IMG/VR virus record: IMGVR_UViG_3300027969_000001
Coordinates: 64,001 to 128,000 of that record
Length of the DNA: 64,000 nucleotides
Source of the DNA: a virus
Direction: 5' to 3' (one strand)
The notes under the pieces were generated by a model that was not told where the DNA came from, did no database searches, and worked only from the letters and a program-made list of their open reading frames with translations. Below, in pieces: positions 38,477 through 49,300 of this stretch; position 1 is the stretch's first letter; each line of letters opens with the position of its first letter. Made by a program: the position numbers and the translations under genes.

Positions 38477-39489
38477 TACTTTGCTTTTCTCTTCTTTTTT
38501 ATGTCTATCTGTACTTGTTTTCTAGCCTTACCCATTCTAGTTTTAACTCCAGGCATCATGCGAATGTCTTCTACGGCAATTACTCCTGTTCTTGCTGTTT
38601 CTGCAAGTTTCTTTTTTATTTCTGCACGGCGCTTCAATAGTTCCGCGTCAACATTTTCAGTTTCATCGTCGTAGAGGTCTAGTGGTTCATCTGTTGCAAT
38701 ATTTTTAGCTGTATTTTTTTCTGCAGCTACCGACTCTTCGGCGTATAGGTCCATATCGCTTGCGTCATCTATTCCGCGTAGGTCTGGGTCAATTGGTTTC
38801 TTTTTTGAAGTAAGAGCTTTTATTTCTTCATTAAAAGATAGTTCTTTTTTCTTTGTATTTGCATACTTCTCTAATAGTCTTTTGCCTTTTGCTGCAAGCG
38901 CAGCTGCATCTTCTGCGTTCTTTGGAACAGGCTCACCCCATGCAGCTGCCGAGAGGGCAAGTCTTGTTGCTCTACCTTTTTCGTCAATCATTGGACCTGA
39001 TGGGTTGGTAAAAAATCTTGTTAGGAACGAGCCTTTTCGACGCATTTTCTGTGGAGTATTGGCTGGCCCTTTTACTCCTGGCTTGAGGTTCGCGCCTTCT
39101 TTGTTTTTAAAGTATTTTCTGCCGGCTGCGGTAAGCCCACCCTTCGGGTCGTGAAGTTGTTCAGCGCTTTTGCCTTCTACAGGGATGCAGTTAGGGACCA
39201 TTTTCCCGCCCTTGCCTTTTTTCATCCCAAGCTGAACATATCCAGCCCAACATGGGTTGGCTGCTTTAAGCTCGAAAGAATTAACTACTGCCGAACCATA
39301 GAACTCATCAAAAATTGGCATAAAGTCATCATGCTTTAACTCGACCATTGACTCTTCGACTATTTTGTTAAATTCAGTATCAGCGTCTATACGCTCAGAT
39401 ATGCGTAGAAGTTCATCAAACATGTCTTCTTCTGTTGGGTTTAGCTCATTTTGCATACTCGTCCAGTCTTTCACACCCATCTGGGCCAA
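38476..39489 (-). CDS. head-associated-type protein with CWxGY module and DUF6321-like domain
   Basis: PCWAGY...VPNC; DPKGGLTAAGRKYF...NLKPGV...RKGSFLTRF. Confidence 0.7.
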   Translation of the reverse strand: MAQMGVKDWTSMQNELNPTEEDMFDELLRISERIDADTEFNKIVEESMVELKHDDFMPIFDEFYGSAVVNSFELKAANPCWAGYVQLGMKKGKGGKMVPNCIPVEGKSAEQLHDPKGGLTAAGRKYFKNKEGANLKPGVKGPANTPQKMRRKGSFLTRFFTNPSGPMIDEKGRATRLALSAAAWGEPVPKNAEDAAALAAKGKRLLEKYANTKKKELSFNEEIKALTSKKKPIDPDLRGIDDASDMDLYAEESVAAEKNTAKNIATDEPLDLYDDETENVDAELLKRRAEIKKKLAETARTGVIAVEDIRMMPGVKTRMGKARKQVQIDIKKKRKAK

Positions 39490-39519
39490 TTGGGAACTGT
39501 AGTCCTTTATTATCCCACA

Positions 39520-40053
39520 TTAAATAGCATCTATGATTAAATGGATACGGTCGGTGTCGCCAGTATTTTCAACACTGTGATATCTATTGACATTGTCTAT
39601 CACCCATATCTCGCCAGTTTTTAAGTTCTTTGCTTCGTCGCCCACTTTGAAAATGCATTTTGTGCTGGTGATTACAGGGACGTGTATTCTGTGTGTTTTG
39701 GCAGTTAGTGGCCCTTTGTCCCTATGTCTGGGAATAACCGTATTCGCCTTAAGCCGGGTTAACATTGCCTGCTTAATGACCATCTCACCAAGAGTCTTTG
39801 CTGTCGTTCTGACTATCTCGTCAATGTGCCCCTCGAAGATAGCGTAGTTTTCATGTGTGATTCCAGAATTTAATCTTTGCGTTAGGTCATACATAAGTGG
39901 AATGGTATCGGTGTTGGAGGCGGCTGCTCCACCATTCATTTTGCGTTCTTTATTTTTTTCCCAGTCTCTGTCAGTTAGTGAATTTACATCATTAAGAAGG
40001 TTTTCAAAAAGCGCCATGTTTCCTATGAATTGAAAAGCTTTACTTTCTTTCAT
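39520..40053 (-). CDS. aspartyl/asparaginyl beta-hydroxylase-like 2OG-Fe(II) oxygenase
   Basis: IPRHRD, RIHVPVIT, HSVENTG..DRIHLIID. Confidence 0.88.
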   Translation of the reverse strand: MKESKAFQFIGNMALFENLLNDVNSLTDRDWEKNKERKMNGGAAASNTDTIPLMYDLTQRLNSGITHENYAIFEGHIDEIVRTTAKTLGEMVIKQAMLTRLKANTVIPRHRDKGPLTAKTHRIHVPVITSTKCIFKVGDEAKNLKTGEIWVIDNVNRYHSVENTGDTDRIHLIIDAI

Positions 40054-40071
40054 AACTACCTCATATATGGC

Positions 40072-40111
40072 AAAAACCCCGCCCACACCGTTCGAAGGTG
40101 CAGGCGGGGTT
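40072..40111 (-). terminator. intrinsic terminator after the major capsid gene
   Basis: AACCCCGCC...GGCGGGGTT hairpin followed by a T-tract on the minus strand. Confidence 0.75.
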
Positions 40112-40125
40112 CCGCTTAGTGCTTA

Positions 40126-41475
40126 TTAGGCTTCTGGAGCGCCGTCGAATGTTACTTTGACGAATGCTTCTGGGCGCTTGACTGCAAGTGCAAGACGCTG
40201 TTCAGCAAGAACAACGATTGCGTTACGTACGAAGAAGTCGCTATGCTGTTCAGAAATTCTGATGCTAGCTTCTTCACGGTCGTACAATTGAGCACCAGTA
40301 CCGAAGGCACCGACGAGTGCGACTCCTTCTGCGATTGCTGGAGTGTCAACCAATGGCATGCGCCAAACTTTTGGCTCGCCGCCCATTGCAACTGAAACTG
40401 CGATGAGGTATTGGCCATTCTTGTCCTTGGTCAATTCGATATCTTCCCAGTCGTTCGGGTGAAGAACAACGCCGGAAGGCTCGTAGTATGCAAGGTACGA
40501 CAAGGTAGCCGCACGACGGATTGAGTCTGCCTTGGTGTCGGGCACTGGTAATGTTGCACCTTCTGACCATGAGTACTCCTGGATGTTTGGAGTCTGGAGA
40601 ACACCGAGAAGGTTTTCGCCAGTTCCGTCACCGTTAAGGATTTGTGAATCCTCAAGAAGGCGGAGACCGTACATCAACTCGTTATCAATGATTGAACGAA
40701 GCTGTGGCTCGTCTGCAAGAACATTACGGTGCGCTGCTTCCCAGTGTGCGAGTGTACGCACTGGAGCTTGCTCACCAATGAAGTTGAATGACGACTGTGG
40801 CTTTGCTGCGAATGCTGAACCGTTACGCTCAGCTACTGCTGCCGCGTTATTTGTACCGCCACCGGTGAGGGTGGTGAAGCCAAGCTGGCGGAAGTATTCG
40901 ATTACCTGTGCGTTTGTCTTGCGAACTGGGAACAAGTCACGAACACGCTTTGTACGCATTGGAGGGATAACGATTGAGTCACGCTGGATTGAACCGAAAA
41001 CCGCATCTGCACCACGGGCCATTGAGCCTGAAGGCATACCTGAGAAAACGTCTTTAACGTTGTACGAGGTAAGAGATGCTGAAATCTGCCAAGGAGCAGG
41101 CATGTTAGCGCCATTACGGCCACCGTTCAGTGCCTTGAACTCAGCGGAATCGGTGAACATTTGACCAATGCTCTTGATTTCGCGTGAGGAAAGCTGATTG
41201 ATGTCTGCAGACGAAGCTGCATATGCTGAACCAACAGAACCAGATGCTGGCTCTGAAGACCAGCTATCAACGTTGTCCATGGTCTGAAGGTCACCAAGGA
41301 GAGACTTAATCTCTTTGATGTCACGCATGTTCTTGTCGAACGCGCTCTTCTGCTCGGTTGAAACGATAACTGTACCGTCTTCAATTTTGAATGAATCTGC
41401 GATGGCTTTATTATCTGCCATCTTTGTGCGAAGAGCTGATTGTAGCTCTTCTACGCGGGCTTTGTCTTGCGACAT
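40126..41475 (-). CDS. HK97-fold major capsid protein with N-terminal delta/scaffold region
   Basis: VRDLF, VAE...KPQS, LAHW, QILNGDGTG.NL.G, HPNDW..I...KD..G.Y, F.RN....AEQR..L.V.RPEAF. Confidence 0.95.
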   Translation of the reverse strand: MSQDKARVEELQSALRTKMADNKAIADSFKIEDGTVIVSTEQKSAFDKNMRDIKEIKSLLGDLQTMDNVDSWSSEPASGSVGSAYAASSADINQLSSREIKSIGQMFTDSAEFKALNGGRNGANMPAPWQISASLTSYNVKDVFSGMPSGSMARGADAVFGSIQRDSIVIPPMRTKRVRDLFPVRKTNAQVIEYFRQLGFTTLTGGGTNNAAAVAERNGSAFAAKPQSSFNFIGEQAPVRTLAHWEAAHRNVLADEPQLRSIIDNELMYGLRLLEDSQILNGDGTGENLLGVLQTPNIQEYSWSEGATLPVPDTKADSIRRAATLSYLAYYEPSGVVLHPNDWEDIELTKDKNGQYLIAVSVAMGGEPKVWRMPLVDTPAIAEGVALVGAFGTGAQLYDREEASIRISEQHSDFFVRNAIVVLAEQRLALAVKRPEAFVKVTFDGAPEA

Positions 41476-41657
41476 TGTGTACTCCTGTATGGGTAAAAGG
41501 GTTGGGTTTTTAAGGTTTTGTTTTCACCAGCCTTAGGTAAGCACCCAGCCCTGGTACTACCAAAAGTAACACGCCGAAAGTATGGTTTAGTGGAACTAAT
41601 AATATTTACGCAAATAAAGTGTGTAAATATTTATAGCGACAAAAACGTATACAGCAA

Positions 41658-42389
41658 TTACTGTTTCTTAATAGGCTTTTTCTTGAGGTTTTCGCGCATC
41701 ACGGTACGTACAGCTGTCTCAATATTTCTCTGCTGCCTAACACCCATGTTATGTCGTCCAAGGTCTGTAGAGCCAGCCCTGTTTGCGTAGTCAGACATGT
41801 TGGTGCATGGCATCCAAACCGCACGACCTGTTTTCGATATTCGCCTACTCACGCCAATGCATCCCATTTCACGGGCTTTTTGACGTGCTGATTCGATATC
41901 CATAAAAACATTAGAGTCATTATCTCTGACGTATTCGGGACCGGCGGTCTTGCCTGATTTTTTAACGGAATCATTTGCTCTTGGCTTGTATCCATTTGTC
42001 ATTGGGGGAACAATCCCCCCACCAAAAGCGGTAACCGTATTGCCAAAAGTATCTAACGATTCCTTGACAGCTACAGAGTTGGTGCCACTAACTAGTCCAC
42101 CACCGGGAAGGGTATCTATGGCCAGAACTGGACGTTCACGCAGCCTTTCCCAACCGTCTTCTCTTCTTTTTTTACGTTTTGCAGTCATTCCATCTTTTTC
42201 GGCCCTTGGATTAGGAACAACAGAACGCCATTTCGACCCCTCTGCCATCGTGGAAATTCTGTCAAGTTCAGTTGGAGACGAACAGGGGTTCCACTTATTG
42301 TCTTTATCTAGATGAGCGCCGGAACAGCCGATGTCTTTTGCAAGTCTAAGGGCTTGCATCTTTGGCGTTATTGATTCAACGTTTTTCAT
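41658..42389 (-). CDS. head-module protein with two GC.G...W.PC repeats
   Basis: AKDIGCSGAH...WNPCS and AREMGCIGVS...WMPCT. Confidence 0.7.
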   Translation of the reverse strand: MKNVESITPKMQALRLAKDIGCSGAHLDKDNKWNPCSSPTELDRISTMAEGSKWRSVVPNPRAEKDGMTAKRKKRREDGWERLRERPVLAIDTLPGGGLVSGTNSVAVKESLDTFGNTVTAFGGGIVPPMTNGYKPRANDSVKKSGKTAGPEYVRDNDSNVFMDIESARQKAREMGCIGVSRRISKTGRAVWMPCTNMSDYANRAGSTDLGRHNMGVRQQRNIETAVRTVMRENLKKKPIKKQ

Positions 42390-43119
42390 TTTTTTGCAAC
42401 CTTGACTGAATTGACATTTTTATTTTTTCTGACATGTCAATATCTTCTTTAGTTTCTGTTTCAGCAATAGATTTAACTCTTCGCTCAACTCTTCTTGAAC
42501 TGCTTTTTTCTTCAAGTTTTGAACTGTTATTCAAGAATCTTCTCATGGAGCCTTTACCTACAGACAGCATAAGTTTTTCTACTGTGTACTGGGAGAGCGC
42601 ATCGTTCTTGCGATGAGTGAAAACGTTACTGCTCTTGTTGAATCCTATGTTTATGCCATCTATTGCTGCTATAGCAGTAGATGTTTTAGATGCAAGATTA
42701 AATTTTTTGGCTTTATAGTTGACAATATTTGACTTGTCTTCGCTATTTTTAAATATATTCATCGGGGCAGAAGAAGATGGAATATTCTTCTTTGTGCCAA
42801 GCAAGTTTCTGCCAACATGAAGCATTGGGGACTGTTCGGTAGTCTTTGTTGACCCAATTTGCTTTATTGTTTTTTCATAGACATCACCAAATGAGCTATT
42901 CAGCATTTCTTCCATCTGCGGGTTTACTTCTCTAAATGGAGTAAGCATAAAACCTTCAGGAATTTGTTTTGTGTCTATTGAACCGAATCTAGACATGTCA
43001 GTGGCTATTGATTTTCCAAATTCTGTAATGCCCTCAACATTTAAGGAGCTATCTTCTTTGATGAGGATTGCATGAGGAGTATTTCCAAACACGTCTTTGA
43101 TTATTGATACATGTTTCAT
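42376..43119 (-). CDS. hypothetical protein
   Basis: ORF track; ATG overlapping the upstream stop. Confidence 0.7.
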   Translation of the reverse strand: MKHVSIIKDVFGNTPHAILIKEDSSLNVEGITEFGKSIATDMSRFGSIDTKQIPEGFMLTPFREVNPQMEEMLNSSFGDVYEKTIKQIGSTKTTEQSPMLHVGRNLLGTKKNIPSSSAPMNIFKNSEDKSNIVNYKAKKFNLASKTSTAIAAIDGINIGFNKSSNVFTHRKNDALSQYTVEKLMLSVGKGSMRRFLNNSSKLEEKSSSRRVERRVKSIAETETKEDIDMSEKIKMSIQSRLQKNEKR

Positions 43120-45164
43120 TATGCAGTTCCCTTCATTAGCCACTTCAACACGTTTTTCTGAGAAGAAAGAGTGTTTAGTCTATTTGTGTATAGTTTTTGA
43201 ATAATATTCAAGTGAAGTTTTTCTCCAGTTGATATCCCGTATTTATCAAGATTATTTGAAAATCTACTCACATTAAAAGAACGAGCTTTAGCTATCAGGG
43301 AGTCAATCATTTGAATATAGGCAACGCGTTGAGTGGCTTGAAGCTGCATGTAATACTGAGAGTAGGCAGGTATTAAGGTACTCTCAAAATAGGACTCAAG
43401 CCTTATTTTGTTTCTTTGTGTTACTGATATCTTGTCGAGGTCAATAAGTCCTGAAGTTGAGTTTTGTCCAAGAACAAGACGCGCACCGTCAGGTGTCTCT
43501 ACTGGATAGATGGAAGACATTGGCCTGTCTCTTTGGTCGGTGAGAAAATCTGAAATCATCATTCTTGCAACATCCTGAGGAGGTAAATCTGCAAACTTTA
43601 TATCTGGATTGAACTTCCCGCCAGGAATGGCAGACTGCACTTCTTGGCGAAGAAACTTTCTTTTATCCCCTGGAGGGCCAGCAAATATAACATCTGGAGA
43701 CTCAAGGCCTAAATGTTGTTGCAGGTCAGATGCAAATCTTTCTCCAATGTGTTGGAAGTCTTTTGGTCTTTCGTAGAGGAAATACTTGTTCCCCCCAGCG
43801 GTTACAGCGGTTATGCCGTTTGCCATCTTTTGACTTTGCACTACATTTGACTGGGATAGTACTTTTGCCAAGATGTCGGGAGATATATCCGCGAGGCTTC
43901 CTCCGTCAGCTATGTGGTTTATAGCTTCATCAAGATTCCCTATCATTTCAGACGAACCAGCAAAACTAACCGTATTTCTTGCCGTACTGGATTCAATAGT
44001 CTGGGGAACTTCTCTCTTGGGGTTTGAGAATAACTGGTTTGCCCATCTGACGGTTCTTCCAGACCTTTCATTTGGGTTAGGGATGTTTATAAAGTTCTCA
44101 GTAAACTTTATGCCATCTCCAATTTCTGCAGAAATACTTCTTAGACGAACAGATGGGTCATTTGCATTTGGAATAGCTTGAGATGAACTAACTAGTCTTC
44201 CAAGTTTTCTGCGTTCCCCAACTGTTAGTTGACGAGCTTTTTCTATCGAGATTGTAGAACCACCTGGAAGTACGTAAACAAGTTTTCCAACCCCCGTGTT
44301 GGAGAGCATGCCTAGTTCTTCTCCACCAATATCCCTCGGAGATAGGGCTGACATAATAAATGCCGCCCCTTCCATGTCTCTATTGTCAGGTATCGCACGA
44401 AGCACTTTGTTGGGCACCACGGGCTCTAGTACGAAGCCGTCTCGTCTTACCATTCTTCGTATTTTGGTACCAGAAGACTTGTTGAATTCGCCTATGGCTT
44501 TTATCGCTTCTGCAACTCTAGATTTTTGTATGTCTGAAGCAAATATGCCAATTTTAGGTATCTGTGGAGCTCTCGATGCTATTAACCCGGATGGCGACGG
44601 CATGCCGGTTATGGGTGTTCCTTGAGCATTTACTGCGTTTACCGCAGAGCGAGCCTGTCTAGCTAAAGACAACGAAACACCAAGAGCTGAAGGGATATCA
44701 AATAACTTAAGCCCACACGTAGTCAGCCTATTATCCGTAAACCGACCACCAAATTGGTACCCCTCTGGACACCTATAGGCACTGTTGCCGCCAGGCTTCG
44801 ACCCACCACGTCCGCCAGGTATTCCTGGTCTTCCGGGTGTTATGGTTCTGAATCCTATAGAACGAACAGGACTTTGAATCCTGTCACTATCTCCAGGGAC
44901 TATCGTGCTAACAAGGGAACTTAACGCAGAAGAGCCAGCGTTGGCTTTTGTTTGGAATCGTTCATTGTAGGAAGTTAGTTTTGTTTTTCTATGGGCCCCA
45001 AATACACGGGCCAAAGTTTTATAGTCAACAAGCTCTTGAGAAATTGCACCGATTCCTCTTATGTGGTCAACTGCCACCTTTGACTGGACGTCAAAAAGTA
45101 TCACTCGCGTTATTGTTGATGAATTATCAGAACAACAATTATTAATACGAGCAGCTTTATCCAC
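43119..45164 (-). CDS. head-module protein with RCPxG...FTD motif and a degenerate HipA/PI4K-like C-terminal domain
   Basis: GTG start at 45164 overlaps the upstream stop; ERFASDL..HLGL.SP.V...DFL.DQRDR. Confidence 0.7.
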   Translation of the reverse strand: MDKAARINNCCSDNSSTITRVILFDVQSKVAVDHIRGIGAISQELVDYKTLARVFGAHRKTKLTSYNERFQTKANAGSSALSSLVSTIVPGDSDRIQSPVRSIGFRTITPGRPGIPGGRGGSKPGGNSAYRCPEGYQFGGRFTDNRLTTCGLKLFDIPSALGVSLSLARQARSAVNAVNAQGTPITGMPSPSGLIASRAPQIPKIGIFASDIQKSRVAEAIKAIGEFNKSSGTKIRRMVRRDGFVLEPVVPNKVLRAIPDNRDMEGAAFIMSALSPRDIGGEELGMLSNTGVGKLVYVLPGGSTISIEKARQLTVGERRKLGRLVSSSQAIPNANDPSVRLRSISAEIGDGIKFTENFINIPNPNERSGRTVRWANQLFSNPKREVPQTIESSTARNTVSFAGSSEMIGNLDEAINHIADGGSLADISPDILAKVLSQSNVVQSQKMANGITAVTAGGNKYFLYERPKDFQHIGERFASDLQQHLGLESPDVIFAGPPGDKRKFLRQEVQSAIPGGKFNPDIKFADLPPQDVARMMISDFLTDQRDRPMSSIYPVETPDGARLVLGQNSTSGLIDLDKISVTQRNKIRLESYFESTLIPAYSQYYMQLQATQRVAYIQMIDSLIAKARSFNVSRFSNNLDKYGISTGEKLHLNIIQKLYTNRLNTLSSQKNVLKWLMKGTA

Positions 45165-45837
45165 AGCACTCTTCTTCAAGGGATTTTTGAACAGTAATTG
45201 ATACAACAACACGAGCACCACTATGGTCGTCTCCGTGGACTTCCCAGTTGTCATTGTTTCTAATAGCGTTAGTGAACGATGGCTCCATCTCCATAAAGTC
45301 ACGCAAAACGGTCATTGCATGCATTATGTCATCTTCTGTAACTACGTGGTTTTCTGCAGTGTCATATGGAGAGAAATCATGAAAGAACACGTCAGTTGAT
45401 GCTTCGGCTGACTTACCTGCTCCTTGAATTACGTTTGCAGGTTCTTTGCCTGTATTGATGTGTGTAGAGAATTGCCTATCATTCCAGTTCGTAAGTTTTT
45501 TAAGCTTCTTTCTACAGTTCTTCATCCCAGGATGATGACATCCTTCATTTGGCCATAGTCCTGTAGTTTCATGATGTAACCATGCGCACATGTTGTTAAG
45601 TGGGAATAGCTCTGGATGGTTAGCCAAAATAAGACGGCACCTACGGAATCCGCCCTCTTTACGCATGATTGGACGCCAGTAGCGGAGGAGGCGCTCTAGA
45701 TTGCCTCTGCGTGGCCCATGACCATGCATGATGTCACCAGTGATTCGTTCTTGTGGCAAAAAGTCCGGGACGGCATTTTGGGGCGTAGCTGGTACGTCAG
45801 CTGGAGAGATTTTTACCTCATTGTCGTAGTCACTCAT
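45157..45837 (-). CDS. actinophage head-module protein (LLRYW...RC...CAWLHH..TG.WP)
   Basis: Motif recalled from actinophage head/maturation-region proteins. Confidence 0.65.
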   Translation of the reverse strand: MSDYDNEVKISPADVPATPQNAVPDFLPQERITGDIMHGHGPRRGNLERLLRYWRPIMRKEGGFRRCRLILANHPELFPLNNMCAWLHHETTGLWPNEGCHHPGMKNCRKKLKKLTNWNDRQFSTHINTGKEPANVIQGAGKSAEASTDVFFHDFSPYDTAENHVVTEDDIMHAMTVLRDFMEMEPSFTNAIRNNDNWEVHGDDHSGARVVVSITVQKSLEEECCG

Positions 45838-45838
45838 C

Positions 45839-46342
45839 TTATTTTTCCTCTATTTGTTTGAGAATTCTCATGGCAGTCCATGCTTTATTCTTGTCGCTTA
45901 ATGTCTTGAATGACAGATTTCCTATATCAGACTGTACCATCTCGCCACAACATGAATTGGATAGCTGCAAATTGCGTAATTGTTTATTAAGGAATGACTC
46001 AACTGCGTCAGATTTTGACTTAATATTTCTGGCGTTTCTGCCAAGTGATGTATATATTTTTATACCCTCAAGCATGGTTTTGTCTATGTCAATTGTTTTT
46101 GTTATAAACGTTTCATACCATTTCCCACTAGTCACAGAATGAGGTGAATCCCATAGGGTTCTATGAAATCTTGAAGACCTCATTTTGGTTAAACCGGAAA
46201 CCTTTGATGTAAATGCAAAAAAATCTACACTTACGGTTCCTCCGTCTTGCTTCTCCACGACTCCATCATCACCGTCTGGGCCGGCATCAAGCACATAGAA
46301 CAATTTGTCCCCATGTATTGAGCCGACCAATACTGCCCTCAT
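45839..46342 (-). CDS. hypothetical protein coupled to the 2645-aa gene
   Basis: ATGA overlap. Confidence 0.7.
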   Translation of the reverse strand: MRAVLVGSIHGDKLFYVLDAGPDGDDGVVEKQDGGTVSVDFFAFTSKVSGLTKMRSSRFHRTLWDSPHSVTSGKWYETFITKTIDIDKTMLEGIKIYTSLGRNARNIKSKSDAVESFLNKQLRNLQLSNSCCGEMVQSDIGNLSFKTLSDKNKAWTAMRILKQIEEK

Positions 46343-49300
46343 CGTGGCCTTCTTAGATTTGTTATAAGTTCTGGTTTCCCACCCTTACGCATTTCTTTTA
46401 AGGCTTTTTCAGCTTGTTCCTGTATGTCAAACATTATTTCGTTACGCAATATGGATTCCATATTTGCTGACGGTGAAACATTTTTTGCAATAATTCGTGG
46501 ATTTTCTATATTGATTCCATCTGGGTGGGCAATTCGTATATTATTAAAACCAAGTTTATTGAATTTATCTTTAACTCCTTGAGCTGCCCGATACTCCCGA
46601 AGCATTTGCATATTTTGTGAGTTCATTTTCCCGGCACCACCAAGAGAGTAAAAGTAATCTATTTCTTCTTGGGAAAATCCGCTTGCTCTTAACTTTTCAG
46701 AAATAGTTTTTGTATTGACCACATCGGATATGTCTACATTGCTTGACATTTCTTTGATTTTTGAATACGGGTAGTTTATTTGCTCGACTTCATCTTTATC
46801 AAAGCCACCAAGAATCTGTGCCTCAAATGGAACACGCTTCCTGTCCGCTGTATCGAGTTTTTTAACTGGAGCCATTTTGCCGTCATCAGATAGTCCTGCA
46901 TTTACATGTGCAAAGTTTCCATCCATGCCGGCCCCCATTAAATGAAGTGTTGCATCCATATTATTGTTTTTGTTGTTCTTACCTTCTGCGTTTATTGTTG
47001 CGTCAAGAATGTCATGCTTATTAATTGAGTTAAGTTTTACTGGTCTATGAGACGTATTCATTGCTTCTCCGCGCCCATAAGACGTACGGTTGGAAACGCC
47101 AGATTTAAGTACGACCTCTATGTCTCCGAGGGAAGTAAGACCGTCCCCGACTATGTCTTTATCGCCTATTTCAAATATGGCGTCATTTGAAACGTTCCCC
47201 TTATTTGCGGCTGTTGCTCTGCGTATTTTTTCATCAACATGGGATTTGTGTACAAGATATCCAGAAACTGGCATTGTCTCGTTGGATACGTCTGGCGGTA
47301 TACCAATTCTTGAATAGTACTCACGAGATAGTTTTTCATTTGCCATTCCAACCGAAGCCCCTGAAGAAAACTTCGCTGCAATAGGACCAGACGTCCAACC
47401 CCGCTGTTTGTTTATTCTTCCAAATTTTCCTGCAGTGCGTTGGCTTGTGGGTGATAGTTTTTCTGCGTCTTTAGAGACCGTGGCAACTCTCATAAACGCA
47501 TCTGATGCATCCTTGTAGGCGTTGGCTATTTTTGTTTTTTCTTCAACAGACATTGTTCCTGGTTGAATGTTCTTAATAGTGGAAAGCATTTCAGATTCTG
47601 TTATTTCTCCACGCCTATGAAGGTCCCTGATTGCTATTTCTGCTAATTCTGGAGCAGAATGACGGGATATATCATTAGCGAGCTGGTCGAGCTCGTAATG
47701 ATAGGTTTGAATAGCGGAACGATGTGATTCCCAGATAGCATCCCTTATGGGCCTGCGGTAAGAGCTATTTATATTTGATTTCTTTAATGCTGAATTGACT
47801 GCACCGTTAACTGCACGTCTTTTACTTCTTCCAGAAAGGTCACCATTTTCGATGCGTACTGGCTGGGGTGAACTTTTCTTAGCATTCTTGTCTTTTTCCC
47901 ATCCCTCTTGGAGCATGGCTTGAACTATGGATTCGCGTTTTTTGCTGGCTTTTTTGACTGCATCCAATTCTCTTGTCAGCTGTTTATCAGCATTAAATGG
48001 TTCCCCATACATGTCTTCATAAGATTTTCCGCCCTCGTAAACTTCATAGGCATCATGTACCGCTTTTGCTTCAGGAGTACCATCAAGTCGACGAGCAACC
48101 TCTGCCCCAAATGTGTCGCCTTCATCCCAACCGGCAATGGGAGCCTTTCCTCTTCCTCTTCCAGTAAGAGCATCAGATAAACCACTTGATAATTTATTTA
48201 TTTTTTCTTCTACGGTTTTGGGAGCGGAACCAAGACGTGCTTCTTCGATAACTGCAGCGTTGTATGCTGTCTCTCTTGCTGCAGACGCCTCGGAAAGTAG
48301 GCGACGGTCATACGCTATGCTCTGCCGTTCAGAAAGTCGCGCGGCATAATCTGGATTTCTTGATAGGCCAACTGAACCAAGTTTGATAAAACTGCCTCCG
48401 GCGTACATTTCATCCACAAGACCTGGAGCGTCTTTTTCTAGAACCTTAGCCTTAGAAACAATATCCTCATCACTTATTGAATCTATAGTTCCAACTTTCC
48501 ATTTATCTTCAACTCCAAGTTTTGCAGCTTTTATGCCCCACTCACCTTGGAATACTTTTCCTAAAGTCAATCCTTCTACAATGTCCGTCTGAACTTCATT
48601 TACATTCAATGGGAGTTGCAGCTCTTTAGGTAGTGAACGATTGGCAACTATTATTGCAGCCCATCTGTGGTGACCATCAAGTATGTATTTGTCTTCTGTT
48701 GCAAGTATTGGGCTCATGAACCATAATTTGCTCATTGCTTCATCGTACGCTTTTTTAAATTCTGGGGTTCCCCTAACAAGACCAGAATCTTCTAATTTTT
48801 TTACTTGTTTAAAAACATCTTTGGTAATATCTTCGTTAGTACTATCAACTTTTGAAGCAACAAGCTGCCTCTGGGAAGGCTGATACGTGGTTGGGTCTGC
48901 TGCTTTTGTTATTACGCCATCCCTGCCATCTTCCGTCTTGATTTGTTCTTTCAGAAATTCTATAAATGGCATTTCAAGGTTTACTTCTACGTCTTGCCAA
49001 TTTGTATTGTCATATAACCATTGTTTTTCGTCTTCAGGTAATGCTAGGAAAGTGGCGCGATGTTCTGCTACTGTTTTTTTAGTGAGTTCGTTTTCGGTAT
49101 TGTGTTTTTCACCAATAGTTTTATAAACAAAAGCAGTTTGTTGTTGGGGAGTCATTGCAGATTTTCCATCAGCAATCAATTTTTGATTTTCTTTTTCTAT
49201 TTCCGCCACATATCTTTGCTCTATTTCGATATTTTGCTTAACGGCATCACCTTTGTTGCCTAATGGGGCCCACTTCCCAGCAGCTTTGCCGTCTTTAAGC

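Noticed and set aside
45165-45302. N-terminal extension of the 727-aa ORF given in the track
   Set aside because: It overlaps the 226-aa gene by 146 nt; a GTG at 45164 coupled to the upstream stop is more plausible
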